A stretch of 64,000 nucleotides of DNA from an uncultured Actinomycetota bacterium (lineage in GTDB: Bacteria > Actinomycetota > Actinomycetes > Mycobacteriales > SCTD01). The position numbers were made by a program, and so were the translations under genes. Below, one piece after another: positions 38,772-49,913 of this stretch. Under the pieces are notes generated by a model. That model saw only the letters and a program-made list of their open reading frames with translations, searched no databases and was not told where the DNA came from. Location of the stretch: NCBI GenBank assembly GCA_963815615.1, contig CAWFHF010000007.1:307139-371138 (forward strand), read 5' to 3'. Every line of letters starts with the position of its first letter. Within the stretch, counting starts at the first letter, position 1.

Positions 38772-39881
38772 TCACGCGGCGACCCACGCGGGCTCGGTGG
38801 CGGCGACGCACGCCTTCCCCTCCGGGTCGACCATCGCGACCCGGGCGGGCAGGCCGCTGAAGCGGGTGAGCACGTCGGCGACCCGGGCGCAGAGCGCGTC
38901 GCCGCAGGTCCGCAGCACCCCGGCCGCCTCCCACAGCTCGTAGGCGTGCCGCGCGGTGTTGGCGGCGGCGACCTCGTCGCGCAGGTGCTCCGGCGACAGC
39001 TCGGCGAGCACGTCGAGGTCGACCTTCGAGCGCGTGTAGTGGGTCATGAGCACGCCGCCGGCGAGCTTGGTCAGCTTGCCCGCCATGCCGACGAAGACGA
39101 CCTCGGCGAGCCCGTCGCCACGTGCCTGCGTCAGCGCGGCGCCGGTGAAGTCGCCGACCTCGACGAAGCAGGTCTCGGGCAGGTCGGGCAGCAGCCGCAT
39201 GGCCGCCTTCTCGGTGCGGCCGCCGGTGGCGAGCACCAGGGTCGGCAGCCCCTGCGCGGCCATCACCTGCACCGCCTGCACGACGCTGGCCCGCCACGAC
39301 TCCGTCGAGAACGGCCGCACGACCCCGGTGGTGCCGAGGATCGAGATGCCGCCCAGGATGCCGAGCCGCGCGTTGGTGGTCTTCCTCGCCCGCTGCTCGC
39401 CGTCGGGCACGGAGACCACGACGCGCACGCCCCGCTCGCCGACGGCCTCGGTCACGGCGCGCCGGATCATCTGCCGCGGCACCGGGTTGATGGCGGGACC
39501 GCCGACCTCGAGCCCGAGGCCCGGCTTGGTCACGACGCCGACGCCGACGCCGCCGTCGAGCTCGTAGGACGGCGCCCACGTGACCGTCGCCGTGAGGTGC
39601 GCGCCGTGCGTGACGTCGGGGTCGTCGCCGGCGTCCTTGACGACGACGGCCTCCGCCCGGTCGGGTCCCACGTCGCAGCGCGCCACGTCGAAGCCGACGA
39701 GGCGCTCGTCGGGCAGCACGACGTCGACGTGCGTCTGCACCTGCTGGGTGAGCAGCGCCGTGGCCGCGGCCTTGGCCGCGGCCGCGCTGCAGGTGCCGGT
39801 GGTCCAGCCGCTGCGCAGCGGCCCGGTGCGGACCTTCGCGGTGCGCGGGAGGTCGGGCTCCCTCAGCTCACGCTCGGGCAC
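38772..39881 (-). CDS. cbiD: Cobalt-precorrin-5B C1-methyltransferase
   Basis: GWTTGTCSAAAAKAA, KDAGDDPDVTHG, AINPVPR, TTNARLGILGGISILGTTG. Confidence 0.94.
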   Translation of the reverse strand: MPERELREPDLPRTAKVRTGPLRSGWTTGTCSAAAAKAAATALLTQQVQTHVDVVLPDERLVGFDVARCDVGPDRAEAVVVKDAGDDPDVTHGAHLTATVTWAPSYELDGGVGVGVVTKPGLGLEVGGPAINPVPRQMIRRAVTEAVGERGVRVVVSVPDGEQRARKTTNARLGILGGISILGTTGVVRPFSTESWRASVVQAVQVMAAQGLPTLVLATGGRTEKAAMRLLPDLPETCFVEVGDFTGAALTQARGDGLAEVVFVGMAGKLTKLAGGVLMTHYTRSKVDLDVLAELSPEHLRDEVAAANTARHAYELWEAAGVLRTCGDALCARVADVLTRFSGLPARVAMVDPEGKACVAATEPAWVAA

Positions 39882-40696
39882 GAGCCTCGCGCAGCTCGCG
39901 CCGCGCCTCCTGCGACTCGACCTTGCGGTGCTCGTGGAAGTGCCCCGGGTGGTACAGGTGCGAGCGCGTGGTCGGGTCCTCCGCGAGCGCCGGGCCGACG
40001 AGCACCATCGTGTGCTTGTAGAGCTTGTGCTCCTTCACCTTCTCGGTGAGCTCGCCGAGGGTGCAGCGGAAGACCAGCTCGTCCGGCCAGGTGGCCGCGT
40101 AGGCGACGACGCACGGGGTGCTCGCGTCGTAGGTGCCGGCGGCCAGCAGCTCGTCCTGCAGCTGCCGGGTGCGGGCGGCGGACAGGAACAGGGCCATCGT
40201 CGTGCCGTGGGCCGCGAACGACCGCACCGTCTCCCCCGGCGGCATCGGGGTCTTGCCGCCCTCGAGCCGGGTGAGCACGACCGACTGCGCGACCTCGGGG
40301 ATGGTCAGCTCGTTCTGCACGATCGCGGCGACGGCGGTGAAGGAGCTGACCCCCGGGACCACCTCGGTCTCGAGCCCGAGCCGGCGGCACAGCGTCCACT
40401 GCTCCTGCGTCCCGCCCCAGAGCGCCGGGTCGCCGGAGTGGATGCGCGCGACGAGCAGGCCCTCGGCGGCCGCCCGCTCGTAGTGCGCGGTGATGCCCTC
40501 CAGCGAGTGCTCGGCGCTGTTGACGACGACGGCGTCCGGGGCGCACGTGCTGCAGCACGTCCTCGTGCACCAGCGACGCCGCCCAGATGACGATGTCGGC
40601 CTCGGCGATGCGCTGCGCCGCCCGCAGGGTGAGCAGGTCGGCGGCGCCCGGGCCCGCCCCGACGAAGGACACGCGGCCGGTCTTCGGGGCTGTCAC
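39868..40696 (-). CDS. cobM: Precorrin-4 C11-methyltransferase CobM/CbiF (frameshift near 40540)
   Basis: FVGAGPGAADLLT, RIHSGDP, ELTIPEVAQSV, SHLY. Confidence 0.9.
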
Positions 40697-41415
40697 AGCT
40701 TGCTCCCACGGCTGGTCCGGCCGGTGGCCGGGACGACGACGGTGCTCAGGTAGGGGCCGGGGCCCTCGGGCAGCGGGCCGGTGCGCTCGCCCGGCAGACC
40801 GAGGGCGGCGCCGTAGACGGCGGACTCCAAGCGGCCGTGCCGCGCGAGGACCTCGCGGACGGCGGCGGTGTGCCGGCCGCCCTTGTAGGCCACGACGGTG
40901 TCGCCCGAGGCGAGCGCCTGCTCCAGCACCTCGGTGCCGCCGGTGAGCGGGAGCAGGGTCAGCGTCTCGGTGCCCTCGCACAGGACCGTGCCGGTGCGGC
41001 TGGCGAGGTCCTGCATGGCGGTGATGCCGGGGACCGTCTCGACGACGACCTCGGGCACGCGCTCGCGCACGGCGTCGGCGAGGTAGGTGAACGTGCTGTA
41101 GACGTTGGGGTCGCCGATGGTCGCGAAGGCCACCGTGCCCCCGTGCGTGCGCAGCTGCTCCGCCACGGCGTCGGCCGCGGCCTCCCAGGCGCTCAGCCGC
41201 TCCGACGTCGCGCCGCCCCGGTCGTCGAGGGCGAACACCAGGCGGCGCAGCCGGTCGTGCGTGACGTTCGCGCGCACGGTCGCCTCGGCCCGGCCCTGCT
41301 CCACCGGGTCCATCACGGGCACGACGACGACGTCCGCCGACTCGAGCACGCGCACGCCCTTGACCGTCACCAGCTCGGGGTCGCCCGGCCCGACGCCGAC
41401 GCCGACGAGCCTCAC
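40693..41415 (-). CDS. cobI: Precorrin-2 C20-methyltransferase CobI/CbiL
   Basis: [31 protein letters not shown]. Confidence 0.92.
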   Translation of the reverse strand: MRLVGVGVGPGDPELVTVKGVRVLESADVVVVPVMDPVEQGRAEATVRANVTHDRLRRLVFALDDRGGATSERLSAWEAAADAVAEQLRTHGGTVAFATIGDPNVYSTFTYLADAVRERVPEVVVETVPGITAMQDLASRTGTVLCEGTETLTLLPLTGGTEVLEQALASGDTVVAYKGGRHTAAVREVLARHGRLESAVYGAALGLPGERTGPLPEGPGPYLSTVVVPATGRTSRGSKL

Positions 41416-42726
41416 GACGCGACCGCCGCCGCCGCCGCCACGAACCGCTCGGCCACACCCGGCACGCCGGCCCAGTGCAGGTGCAGGTAGCTGGCGTGCA
41501 CGCCGCCCTGCACGAAGCCCTCGCCGTTGCTCCAGGCGGGGGCGCCGCGGCCCTCGACGGCGGTGCGGTGGAACTCGTGCCCGACCACCGCCTGGTCGCC
41601 CATCCACGACGGCGTGTGCGCGGCGGTCTCGCGGTAGCCCAGGGTGAGCCGCGGGGTCATCTGCGCGGTCGCCGGCAGGACGCCGCACATCGGCAGCCCG
41701 TCGAGCTGCTCGCACAGGTAGAGCAGGCCGGCGCACTCGGCGCTGACGGGCGCCCCGCTGCGGGCCAGCCGGGCGACGTCGGACGCGCAGCGCGGTGTTG
41801 GCCGACAGCTGCTCGGCGTAGACCTCGGGGAACCCGCCCCCGACGACGAGCCCGCGCACCCCGTCCGGCAGCGCCTCGTCGCGCAGCGGGTCGACGACGG
41901 CGACGTCGGCGCCGGCGGCCGTCAGCAGCTCGGCGGTCTCGGCGTAGGAGAACGTGAAGGCCGGTCCGCCGAACACGGCCACGGCGGTGCGCGCCGTGCC
42001 GGTCGCCGCGGGCTGCCCAGGGCGTCGCGTCGAGGGCGGGCGCGGAGCGGGCGACGGCCAGCAGGGCGTCGACGTCGCAGTGCCGCTCGACCAGCGCGCC
42101 GAGGCGGGCGACGGTGGCCAGGGCCTCGGGGCTGCGCTCGGCCGCGGGCACGAGCCCGAGGTGGCGCGAGGGCGTCTCCACGCCGGCGTCGCGGCGCAGC
42201 ACGCCGAGGACGGGGGCGAGCCCGTCGAGCGCCTCGCGCAGCAGCTGCTCGTGCCGGTCGCTGCCGACCCGGTTGAGCACCACGCCGGCGAGCGCGACGC
42301 CGTCGCCGTAGGTGGCGAAGCCGTGCACGAGCGCGGCCACCGAGCGCGACTGCGAGGAGGCGTCGACGACGAGCACCACGGGAGCACGCAGCAGCCCGGC
42401 GACGTGCGCGGTCGAGCCCGGTGGTCGTCGCGCCGCGCCCGTCGTAGAGGCCCATCACGCCCTCGACGACGGCGACGTCGCAGCCCTGCGCGCCGTGCAG
42501 GAACAGCGGCGCGACGAGGTCGTCGCCGACGAGCACGGGGTCGAGGTTGCGGCCGGGGCGGCCGGTGGCGAGCGCGTGGTAGCCGGGGTCGATGTAGTCG
42601 GGGCCCGACCTTGTGCGGCGACACCTGCAGCCCGCGCGCCGCCAGCGCCGCCATCAGCCCGGTCGCGACCGTCGTCTTGCCGGCGCCGGACGACGGCGCG
42701 GCGACGACCAGCCGGGGCGCGCTCAC
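41412..42726 (-). CDS. cobB: Cobyrinate a,c-diamide synthase CobB/CbiA (several frameshifts)
   Basis: SSGAGKTT, KVGPDYIDP, EGVMGLYDG, SRHLGL, GGGFPE, AECAGLLYL, GHEFH. Confidence 0.9.
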
Positions 42727-43325
42727 CACTCGATGCCTCGCTGACCCTTCTGGCCCGCGTCCATCGGGTGCTTGACCTTGGTCGTCTCCATGACGAGGTC
42801 GGCGACCTCGACGAGGGCCGGGTGCGCGCCGCGCCCGGTGATGACGACGTGCTGCCCCTCGGGCCGGTCGCGCAGCGTCTGCACGACGTCGTCCACGTCG
42901 ACCCAGCCCCACGTCATCGGGTAGGTGAACTCGTCGAGCACGTAGAAGCGGTAGGTGGAGGCGGCGAGGTCGCGCTTGACCTGCTCCCAGCCCTCACGGG
43001 CGTTGGCGGCGTGGTCGTCGTCGGTGCCCTGCTTGCGGGTCCAGGACCAGCCCTCGCCCATCTTGAACCAGTCGACGGTGCCGCCCTCGCCGCTGGCGCC
43101 GAGGACCTTGAGCGCCTGCTCCTCGCCGACCTTCCACTTCGCGCTCTTGACGAACTGGAAGACCCCGATCGACCAGCCCTGGTTCCAGGCGCGCAGCGCC
43201 AGGCCGAAGGCGGCCGTCGACTTGCCCTTCATCTCGCCGGTGTGGACGACGACGAGCGCGCGGTTGCGCCGCTGCCGCGTCGTCAGGCCGTCGTCCGGGA
43301 CCGACTCCGGCTGGCCCTGGGGCAC
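42723..43325 (-). CDS. cobO: Cob(I)yrinate a,c-diamide adenosyltransferase
   Basis: [25 protein letters not shown]...GIEW. Confidence 0.95.
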   Translation of the reverse strand: MPQGQPESVPDDGLTTRQRRNRALVVVHTGEMKGKSTAAFGLALRAWNQGWSIGVFQFVKSAKWKVGEEQALKVLGASGEGGTVDWFKMGEGWSWTRKQGTDDDHAANAREGWEQVKRDLAASTYRFYVLDEFTYPMTWGWVDVDDVVQTLRDRPEGQHVVITGRGAHPALVEVADLVMETTKVKHPMDAGQKGQRGIEW

Positions 43326-45309
43326 CTAGGCCGCCTTCACGAGGGCGGTGAGCGCCTCGGCCGACAGCTCCTCGAGCCGCAGCGCGACGCCGCCGAGCTG
43401 CTCGCCGAGCCGCTGCGCCAGGCCGAGCCGGACGGGCCCGCTCTCGCAGTCGACGACGACGCAGGCCGCGCCGCTGCGGGCCAGGTGGGCGGCGGCGAGC
43501 TCGGGCGAGGGGCCGCTGGTGTGCCGGCCGTCGGTGACGACGACGACGAGGGCGCGGCGGGCGGGGTCGCGCACGCGCCTCGACGCGCAGCAGCTCGGCG
43601 GTCCGCAGCAGGCCCGACGACAGCGGGGTGCGCCCGCCGGTCGGCATCGACCGCAGCCGGGCGACGGCGGCCTCGACCGACGACGTCGGGGGCAGCAGCA
43701 GGTCGGCGTCGGTGCCGCGCATGCTCACCAGGGCGACCTTGTCGCGGCGCTGGTAGGCGTCGGTGAGCAGCGACAGCACCGCGCCCTTCACGGCGGCGGT
43801 GCGGGAGCGGGCCGCCATGGAGCCCGAGGCGTCGACGGCGAACACGACGAGGTTGCCCTCGCGGCCCTCGCGGACGGCCTGCGCGCAGGTCGCCGGGCGC
43901 GCAGCACGACGCCGGGCCCGCGGCGGCCGCGGGCGACCTGGTGCGGCGCGGCGGCGCGCAGGGTGGCGGCGAGGTGCAGCGAGGTCAGCCGGCCCTCGGG
44001 GCGGCGGTCGCCGGTGAGCCGGCCGCTGTCGCCCGTGGTGCGCGAGCGGCGGCCGGCCGCGCCGGCCCGGCGGTTCACGCCGGGCACGCGCAGGGGGACG
44101 GCGCGGAAGGGGTCGCCGGCGTCGTCGGTGCGCTCGCCGGGCGCGGGGGCGTCGGCGCCGCCGTCCTGCGTCTCGGCCGTGGCTCCGCGCGGGGGCGGCC
44201 TGCTCCTGCGCGCCCGTCGCCGCCGGCGCGCGGTCTGCTCCTGCCGGGCGCCGGGGCTGCCCGCCTCCGCCGGCGGCGGCGGCGGCGGCGGGTCGTCGTC
44301 GCCCTCGACGCTGTCGAGCGCGTCCTCGAGCTGCTGCTCGTCGAGGCCCGGGCGCCTCGAACGGGGTGCGCCGGCGGCGGTGCGGCAGGGCCAGCCGGGC
44401 GGCGGTGCGGACGTCGTCGGTGGTGACGTCGGTGCGGCCGTCCCAGGCGGCCAGCGCGAGGGCGGCCTTGGCGGTGACGAGGTCGGCGCGCAGCCCGTCG
44501 ACGTCGAAGGCGGCGCAGACGGTGGTGACCTCGCGCAGCGCGCGGTCGGACAGCCGCACCTGACGGCAGCAGCGCGCGGGCCTCGGCGATCCGGCGCGGC
44601 GAGGGCGGCGTCGTCGGCGGCGTAGCGCGGCGGCGAAGGCCGTCGGGTCGGCCTCGTAGGCCAGCCGGCGGCGCACGACGTCGGCCCGCTCGGCCGGGTC
44701 GCGGGTGGCGGCGACCTCGACGGTCAGCCCGAAGCGGTCGAGCAGCTGCGGCCGCAGCTCGCCCTCCTCGGGGTTCATCGTCCCGACGAGCAGGAAGCGC
44801 GCGGCGTGCTGCACCGACACGCCCTCGCGCTCGACGTAGGAGCGGCCGAGCGCGGCGGCGTCGAGCAGCAGGTCGACGAGGTGGTCGTGCAGCAGGTTGA
44901 CCTCGTCGACGTAGAGCACGCCGCGGTGCGCCTGCGCCAGCAGGCCCGGCTCGTAGGCCGAGACGCCCGACGTCAGCGCCTTCTCGAGGTCGAGCGAGCC
45001 GACGAGCCGGTCCTCGGACGCGCCGACCGGCAGCTCGACGAGCCGGGCGCGGGCGCTCGACGGGCGCGCCGTGCGAGGCGGCGTCGGGGCAGTCGCGTCT
45101 CACCGGGCGCGCAGGAGAAGCGGCAGCCCTCGACCGTCTCGACCGGCGGCAGCAGCGAGGCGAGCGCCCGCACGACGGTCGACTTCGCCGTGCCCTTCTC
45201 GCCGCGCACGAGCACGCCGCCGACCGCCGGGCGAGACGGCGTTGACGACGAGGGCGAGCCGCAGGTCGTCGAGCCCGACGACGGCGGAGAAGGGGTACGG
45301 CGCGCTCAC
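43326..45309 (-). CDS. ChlI/ChlD-type AAA+ plus VWA cobaltochelatase subunit (many frameshifts)
   Basis: [59 protein letters not shown]. Confidence 0.87.
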
Positions 45310-45370
45310 GCGCGGCTCCGAGCAGGGTCATGGCGCCTTCCTCCGGGGTCCGCGCCCCGGGGTGGAGGTG

Positions 45371-45472
45371 GTCGACGCCAGGACTGTCTGGCTCACCCGC
45401 CGCCCTCGGCAGGGGGCGGGCTCACAGTGGCGGGACCGCGCCGGCTCGTCCGGCTTCGTCCACGGCGTCGTC
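45371..45472 (-). ncRNA. Cobalamin riboswitch heading the cob operon
   Basis: GAAGCCGG...CCGGCGCGGTCCCGCCACTGTGA...GAGCCAGAC; downstream CCGGGG/CCCCGG hairpin next to the RBS. Confidence 0.85.
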
Positions 45473-45503
45473 GTGCGGGCCGACTCTACCTAGGGTGGGC
45501 CGC

Positions 45504-46418
45504 GTGACCGCCCCCGATGCCGCGCCCTCCGAGCGGTCGGCCTTCGTGCCCGCGCCCGACGGCCGGCCGCCGGACCGCCGTGCTGCTGCTGACCTGCCCG
45601 GACGCGCGCGGGCATCGTCGCGGCCGTGGCGCAGTTCCTGTCCGGCCACGGCGCCAACATCGTCGAGGTCGACCAGCACACCGACCACCACGAGGGGCTG
45701 TTCTTCCAGCGGGTCGAGTTCGAGCTCGACGGCTTCGACCTCGCCGACGACGGCGTCCTGGACGCCTTCCGCGAGGTCAGCGAGCCCTTCGCGATGGAGG
45801 TGGAGCTGCGCTTCCCCGAGCGGCTCACCCGGGTCGCGCTGCTGGTCAGCAAGCAGGAGCACTGCCTGCTCGACCTGCTGGCCCGGCACCGCACCGGCGA
45901 GCTCGTCGCCGACCTCGCGCTCGTCGTCAGCAACCACCCCGACGCCGCGCCGACCTGCGCCTTCTTCGGCGTCCCGTTCGTGCACCTGCCGGTCGACGGC
46001 GACAAGCCCGCGCAGGAGGCCCGGCTGACCGCCCTGCTGGACGGGCACGGCGTCGAGCTGGTCGTGCTGGCCCGGTACATGCAGGTGCTCAGCGCCGAGC
46101 TCGTGCGGCCGCTACCCGCACCGCGTCATCAACATCCACCACTCGCTGCTGCCGGCCTTCGTCGGCGCCAAGCCCTACCACCGGGCCTACGAGCGCGGCG
46201 TCAAGGTGATCGGCGCGACCGCCCACTACGCGACCGCCGACCTCGACGAGGGCCCGATCCTCGTGCAGGACGTCGCCCGCGTGACCCACCGCGACTCCGT
46301 CGAGGACCTCGTGGCCCGCGGCCGCGACCTCGAGGCGCTGGTGCTGGCCCGCGCCGTCAAGCTGCACCTCGCCGCCAAGGTGCTGGTGCACGGCGGCCGC
46401 ACCGTCGTCTTCGACTGA
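45504..46418 (+). CDS. purU: Formyltetrahydrofolate deformylase (frameshifted)
   Basis: ACT domain, [40 protein letters not shown]. Confidence 0.9.
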
Positions 46419-46480
46419 CCGCGCGTCCCTGTCACCCGACCGGGTGACGTCGCTCCTCGCACCGGCTCGTTGGGCACGGC

Positions 46481-46681
46481 ATGGACGTCACCCGCCGCTG
46501 GCCCCGCCGCACCGACCTCGTGCTCGTGGCCGAGCACGGCGAGCTCGTCGACGGCGTCGTCGAGGACGTGCCGACCGTGCAGGACCGGGCCGCGCGCGAC
46601 ACCGCCACCGCCGACGCCCTGCGCGCCTACCTGTCGATCGCCCGGCCCGACGCCGACGCCGCGGTCTCGGTCCGGCTCTGA
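46481..46681 (+). CDS. Small hypothetical protein, 66 aa
   Basis: ATG ORF with high third-position GC filling the gap between purU and the convergent gene. Confidence 0.55.
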   Translation: MDVTRRWPRRTDLVLVAEHGELVDGVVEDVPTVQDRAARDTATADALRAYLSIARPDADAAVSVRL

Positions 46682-46687
46682 CGGCGG

Positions 46688-47141
46688 TCAGGCCAGCGGC
46701 AGGTCCGCGCCCCGCTCGCCCTCGGGCCGCGGGCCCCGGATCCGCCGGTCCGCCTCCTCGATCGCGCACGTCGTTGATGCTCGCCTCGCGCCGGCGCATG
46801 TAGCCCGTCTGCGTCGAACTCCCAGTTCTCGTTGCCGTAGGCGCGCCACCACTGGCCGGACGCGTCGCGGTACTCGTACTGGAAGCGCACGGCGATGCGG
46901 TCGTCGGTGAACGCCCACAGGCTCTTGCGCAGCGCGTAGTCCTGCTCGGCCTCCCACTTGCGGGCGAGGAAGGCCTGCACCTCGGCGCGGCCGGTGACGA
47001 ACTCCGACCGGTTCCGCCAGACGGTGTCCTCGGTGTAGGCCGCGGCGACCCGCTCGGGGTCGCGCGGTTCCAGGCGTCCTCGGCCGCCTGCACCTTCTGC
47101 GCGGCCGTCTCGGCCGTGAACGGCGGGACGGGCGGGCGCAC
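46688..47141 (-). CDS. DUF1348 / NTF2-like protein (frameshifted)
   Basis: [51 protein letters not shown]. Confidence 0.85.
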
Positions 47142-47142
47142 G

Positions 47143-47675
47143 TCAGCCCCCTGCCGGGAAGGGCCCGCCGGGGCGGCCGTTGCGGTCGGCGAGCAGCCCG
47201 CAGACCGTGGACAGGGCGATCTCCGGCGGGGTGCGCGACCCGACGTCGAGCCCGATGGGACGGTGCACCCGGGCGATGTCGGACTCCGGCGACCCCGCGG
47301 TCGCGCAGGGCCTGCACGTGGGGGGCGGTGTGCCGGAGCGACCCCATGACGCCGACCCACCGGGTGGGCAGCGCGAGGGCCTCGGCGAGCACGTCCCCGA
47401 GCTCGGGCCGCTCGTGGTCGCAGACGACGACGTCGCAGCCGTCGTCGAGACCGGCGGCGAGCACGCTGTCCTGCCCGGGACGGGCCGGGTCGGGGTCGAC
47501 GAGCACCACCGGCCAGCCGAGCCGCTCGGCGAGCACGGCGCACTCGGACGCCACCGGGCTGTCGAAGACCAGGACGAGCCGGCGGGGGTCCTGTCGGCAG
47601 CTCGACCTCGCCGTGCGCGGCCGCGCAGGCCTCGTCGTGGACGTGGCCGGGCTCGCCGTGGGGTGCGTCGCTCAT
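47143..47675 (-). CDS. Stand-alone XdhC C-terminal (Rossmann) domain protein (frameshifted)
   Basis: VVVCDH, WVGVMGS, HRPIGLDVGSRTPPEIALS. Confidence 0.78.
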
Positions 47676-47692
47676 GGGCCGAGCATGCCCCG

Positions 47693-48265
47693 TCAGCCGC
47701 GCGGCCTCGCGGTCACGTGCATCCGCTCCCCCTGCGGTCCGAACAGCACGAGCAGCTCGGCGACCTCCGGGCCGGGGTTGGACAGGGCGTGCGGCGTCCG
47801 GGTGTCGAACTCGGCGACCTCGCCCGCCTGCAGCAGCAGGTCGTGCGCGCCGAGCCGCAGCCGCAGGGTGCCGGACAGGACGTAGAGCCACTCGTGGCCC
47901 TCGTGCACGGCCAGCTCGTCCACGTCCTCGTGCCAGCCCACGGGCAGGACCACCTTGTAGGACTGCACGCCCCCGGGGCGCCGCGACAGCGGCAGGTAGG
48001 TGGCGCCGTCGCGCAGGACGGGGCGCAGCCGCACCCGCGGGTCGCCGGTCTCGGGGGCGTCGACGAGCTCGTCGAGCGGCACCTGGTGGGCGCGGGCCAG
48101 CGGCAGCAGCAGCTCGAGGGTCGGCCTGCGCTGCCCGGACTCGAGCCGCGACAGCGTGCTGACCGAGATGCCGGTGACCTCCGCCAGCTCGGCGAGCGTC
48201 GCCCCGCGCTCCTGCCGCAGCGCGCGCAGCCGGGGGCCCACCGCGCTCAGCACGTCGTCGTCCAT
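47693..48265 (-). CDS. XRE-family HTH plus cupin transcriptional regulator
   Basis: TLAELAEVTGISVSTLSRLESGQRRP; HEGHEWLYV, FDTRTPH. Confidence 0.92.
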   Translation of the reverse strand: MDDDVLSAVGPRLRALRQERGATLAELAEVTGISVSTLSRLESGQRRPTLELLLPLARAHQVPLDELVDAPETGDPRVRLRPVLRDGATYLPLSRRPGGVQSYKVVLPVGWHEDVDELAVHEGHEWLYVLSGTLRLRLGAHDLLLQAGEVAEFDTRTPHALSNPGPEVAELLVLFGPQGERMHVTARPRG

Positions 48266-48275
48266 GCCGAGCATC

Positions 48276-48311
48276 TTGCCAGAACGGCAACGGGAGTTGC
48301 CGTTCGACAGG
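48276..48311. promoter_or_regulatory. Palindromic operator for the XRE-cupin regulator
   Basis: TTGCC-AGAAC-GGCAA at 48276-48290 and a weaker TTGCC-GTTCG-ACAGG from 48297, between divergent genes. Confidence 0.55.
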
Positions 48312-48332
48312 TGAGCGGTCCACTGTCCGCCC

Positions 48333-49875
48333 ATGACGCAGCAGACGTACGACGTGGTGGTGGTGGGCGGCGGCGCGGCCGGGCTGAGCGCGGCCCTGGT
48401 CCTGGGACGGGCCCGGCGCTCGGTGCTGGTGGTGGACGCGGGCGAGCCGCGCAACGCCCCCGCAGGGCAGGTGCACGGCTTCCTCGGGCACGACGGGACC
48501 CCGCCCGCCGACCTGCTCGCCCGCGGGCGCGAGGAGGTGGCGCGCTACGGCGTGCAGGTGGAGCAGGGGACGGTCACGACGGCGAGCCGGACCGAGCGGG
48601 GCTTCGAGGTGCAGGTGGGCGGCGCGGACCGTCGGAGCCCGCCGGCTGCTGCTGGCGACCGGGCTGGTCGACGTCCTGCCCGAGGTGCCCGGGGTGGCCG
48701 AGGGCTGGGGGCGCGACGTGCTGCACTGCCCCTACTGCCACGGCTGGGAGGTGCGCGACGGCGCACTGGCCGTGCTGGCCGGCGGCCCGCTCGCCGTGCA
48801 CCAGGCGCTGCTGTTCCGGCAGTGGACCGACGACCTCGTGCTGCTGCAGCACACGGCGCCGCCGCTGACCGAGGAGCAGGCCGAGCAGCTCGCTGCCCGG
48901 GGCGTGCGGGTCGTGGAGGGCCGGGTCGTGGCGTGGGAGGCCGGTGGTGCGCGGCTGGAGAGCGGCGAGCTGGTCGAGCGCACGACCCTCGTCGTCGGCC
49001 CCGTCTTCTCGGGCAGGACCGCGCTGCTGGAGTCCCTCGGGGTGCCGGTGCGCGAGATGGAGGTCTCCGGTGTCGTCGTCGGGACGCACGCCGAGGCCGA
49101 CGAGCGCGGGCGCACCCCCGTGCCGGGCGTGTGGGTGGCCGGCAACGCCGCCGACCTCGGCGCGCAGGTGCTGACCGCCGCCGCGCAGGGGCTGACGGCG
49201 GCCGCGGCCCTCAACGCCGACCTGGTGGAGGAGGACACCGCCGCCGGCGTCCGGCGGGCGCGGCTGCTCACCGAGTCGGCCTGGGACGCCCGCTACGGCG
49301 ACGGCTCCACCGACCACTGGACCGGCCGCCCGAACGCCGCGCTCGTGCAGGAGGTCGCGGGCCTCACCCCCGGCCGGGCCCTGGACGTCGGCTGCGGCAA
49401 GGGCGGCGACGCGCTGTGGCTCGCCGAGCAGGGGTGGCAGGTGACCGGCAGCGACCTGTCCTCGGTCGCCCTGCAGCAGGCCGCCGAGGCGGCCGCGGCG
49501 CGCGGGCTGTCGGTGACGTGGCACCACGCCGACGCCCGCACCGCGGCCCCCGAGCAGGGCGCCTACGACCTCGTCACGGCGTCGTTCGTGCACCCGGCCG
49601 CCGACGACCGGCGCGCCCTGCACCGCCGCCTCGCCGACGCCGTGGCCCCCGGCGGGCACCTGCTGCTCGTCGCGCACGCGCCGTCGCACCTGCACACCGG
49701 CCTCGGCGACCCCGCCCTGCTCGAGCTGTTCGTGACGCCCGACCAGGTCGTCGCCGACCTCGACCTCGACGCGTTCGAGGTGCTCGTCGCCGAGGAGCGC
49801 CCGCGGGCCGAGGAGCGCGACGGGCACGCGCACGCGGTCGCCGACGTCGTCGTGCACGCCCGCCGCCGGGCGTAG
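48333..49875 (+). CDS. Thioredoxin-reductase-like FAD oxidoreductase fused to a class I SAM methyltransferase (frameshift near 48635)
   Basis: VGGGAAGLSAA, LHCPYCHGWE, WVAGN; then WDARY, WTGRPN, ALDVGCGKGGDA. Confidence 0.87.
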
Positions 49876-49913
49876 CGCCCCGGCCCGCCGCGCGACCGTG
49901 GCAGCGTGGCGGG

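Noticed and set aside
46472..46477. GGGCAC as a SigF-type -10 for the 66-aa ORF
   Set aside because: Only 3 nt from the ATG, inconsistent with the 9-nt spacing seen at the other sites.
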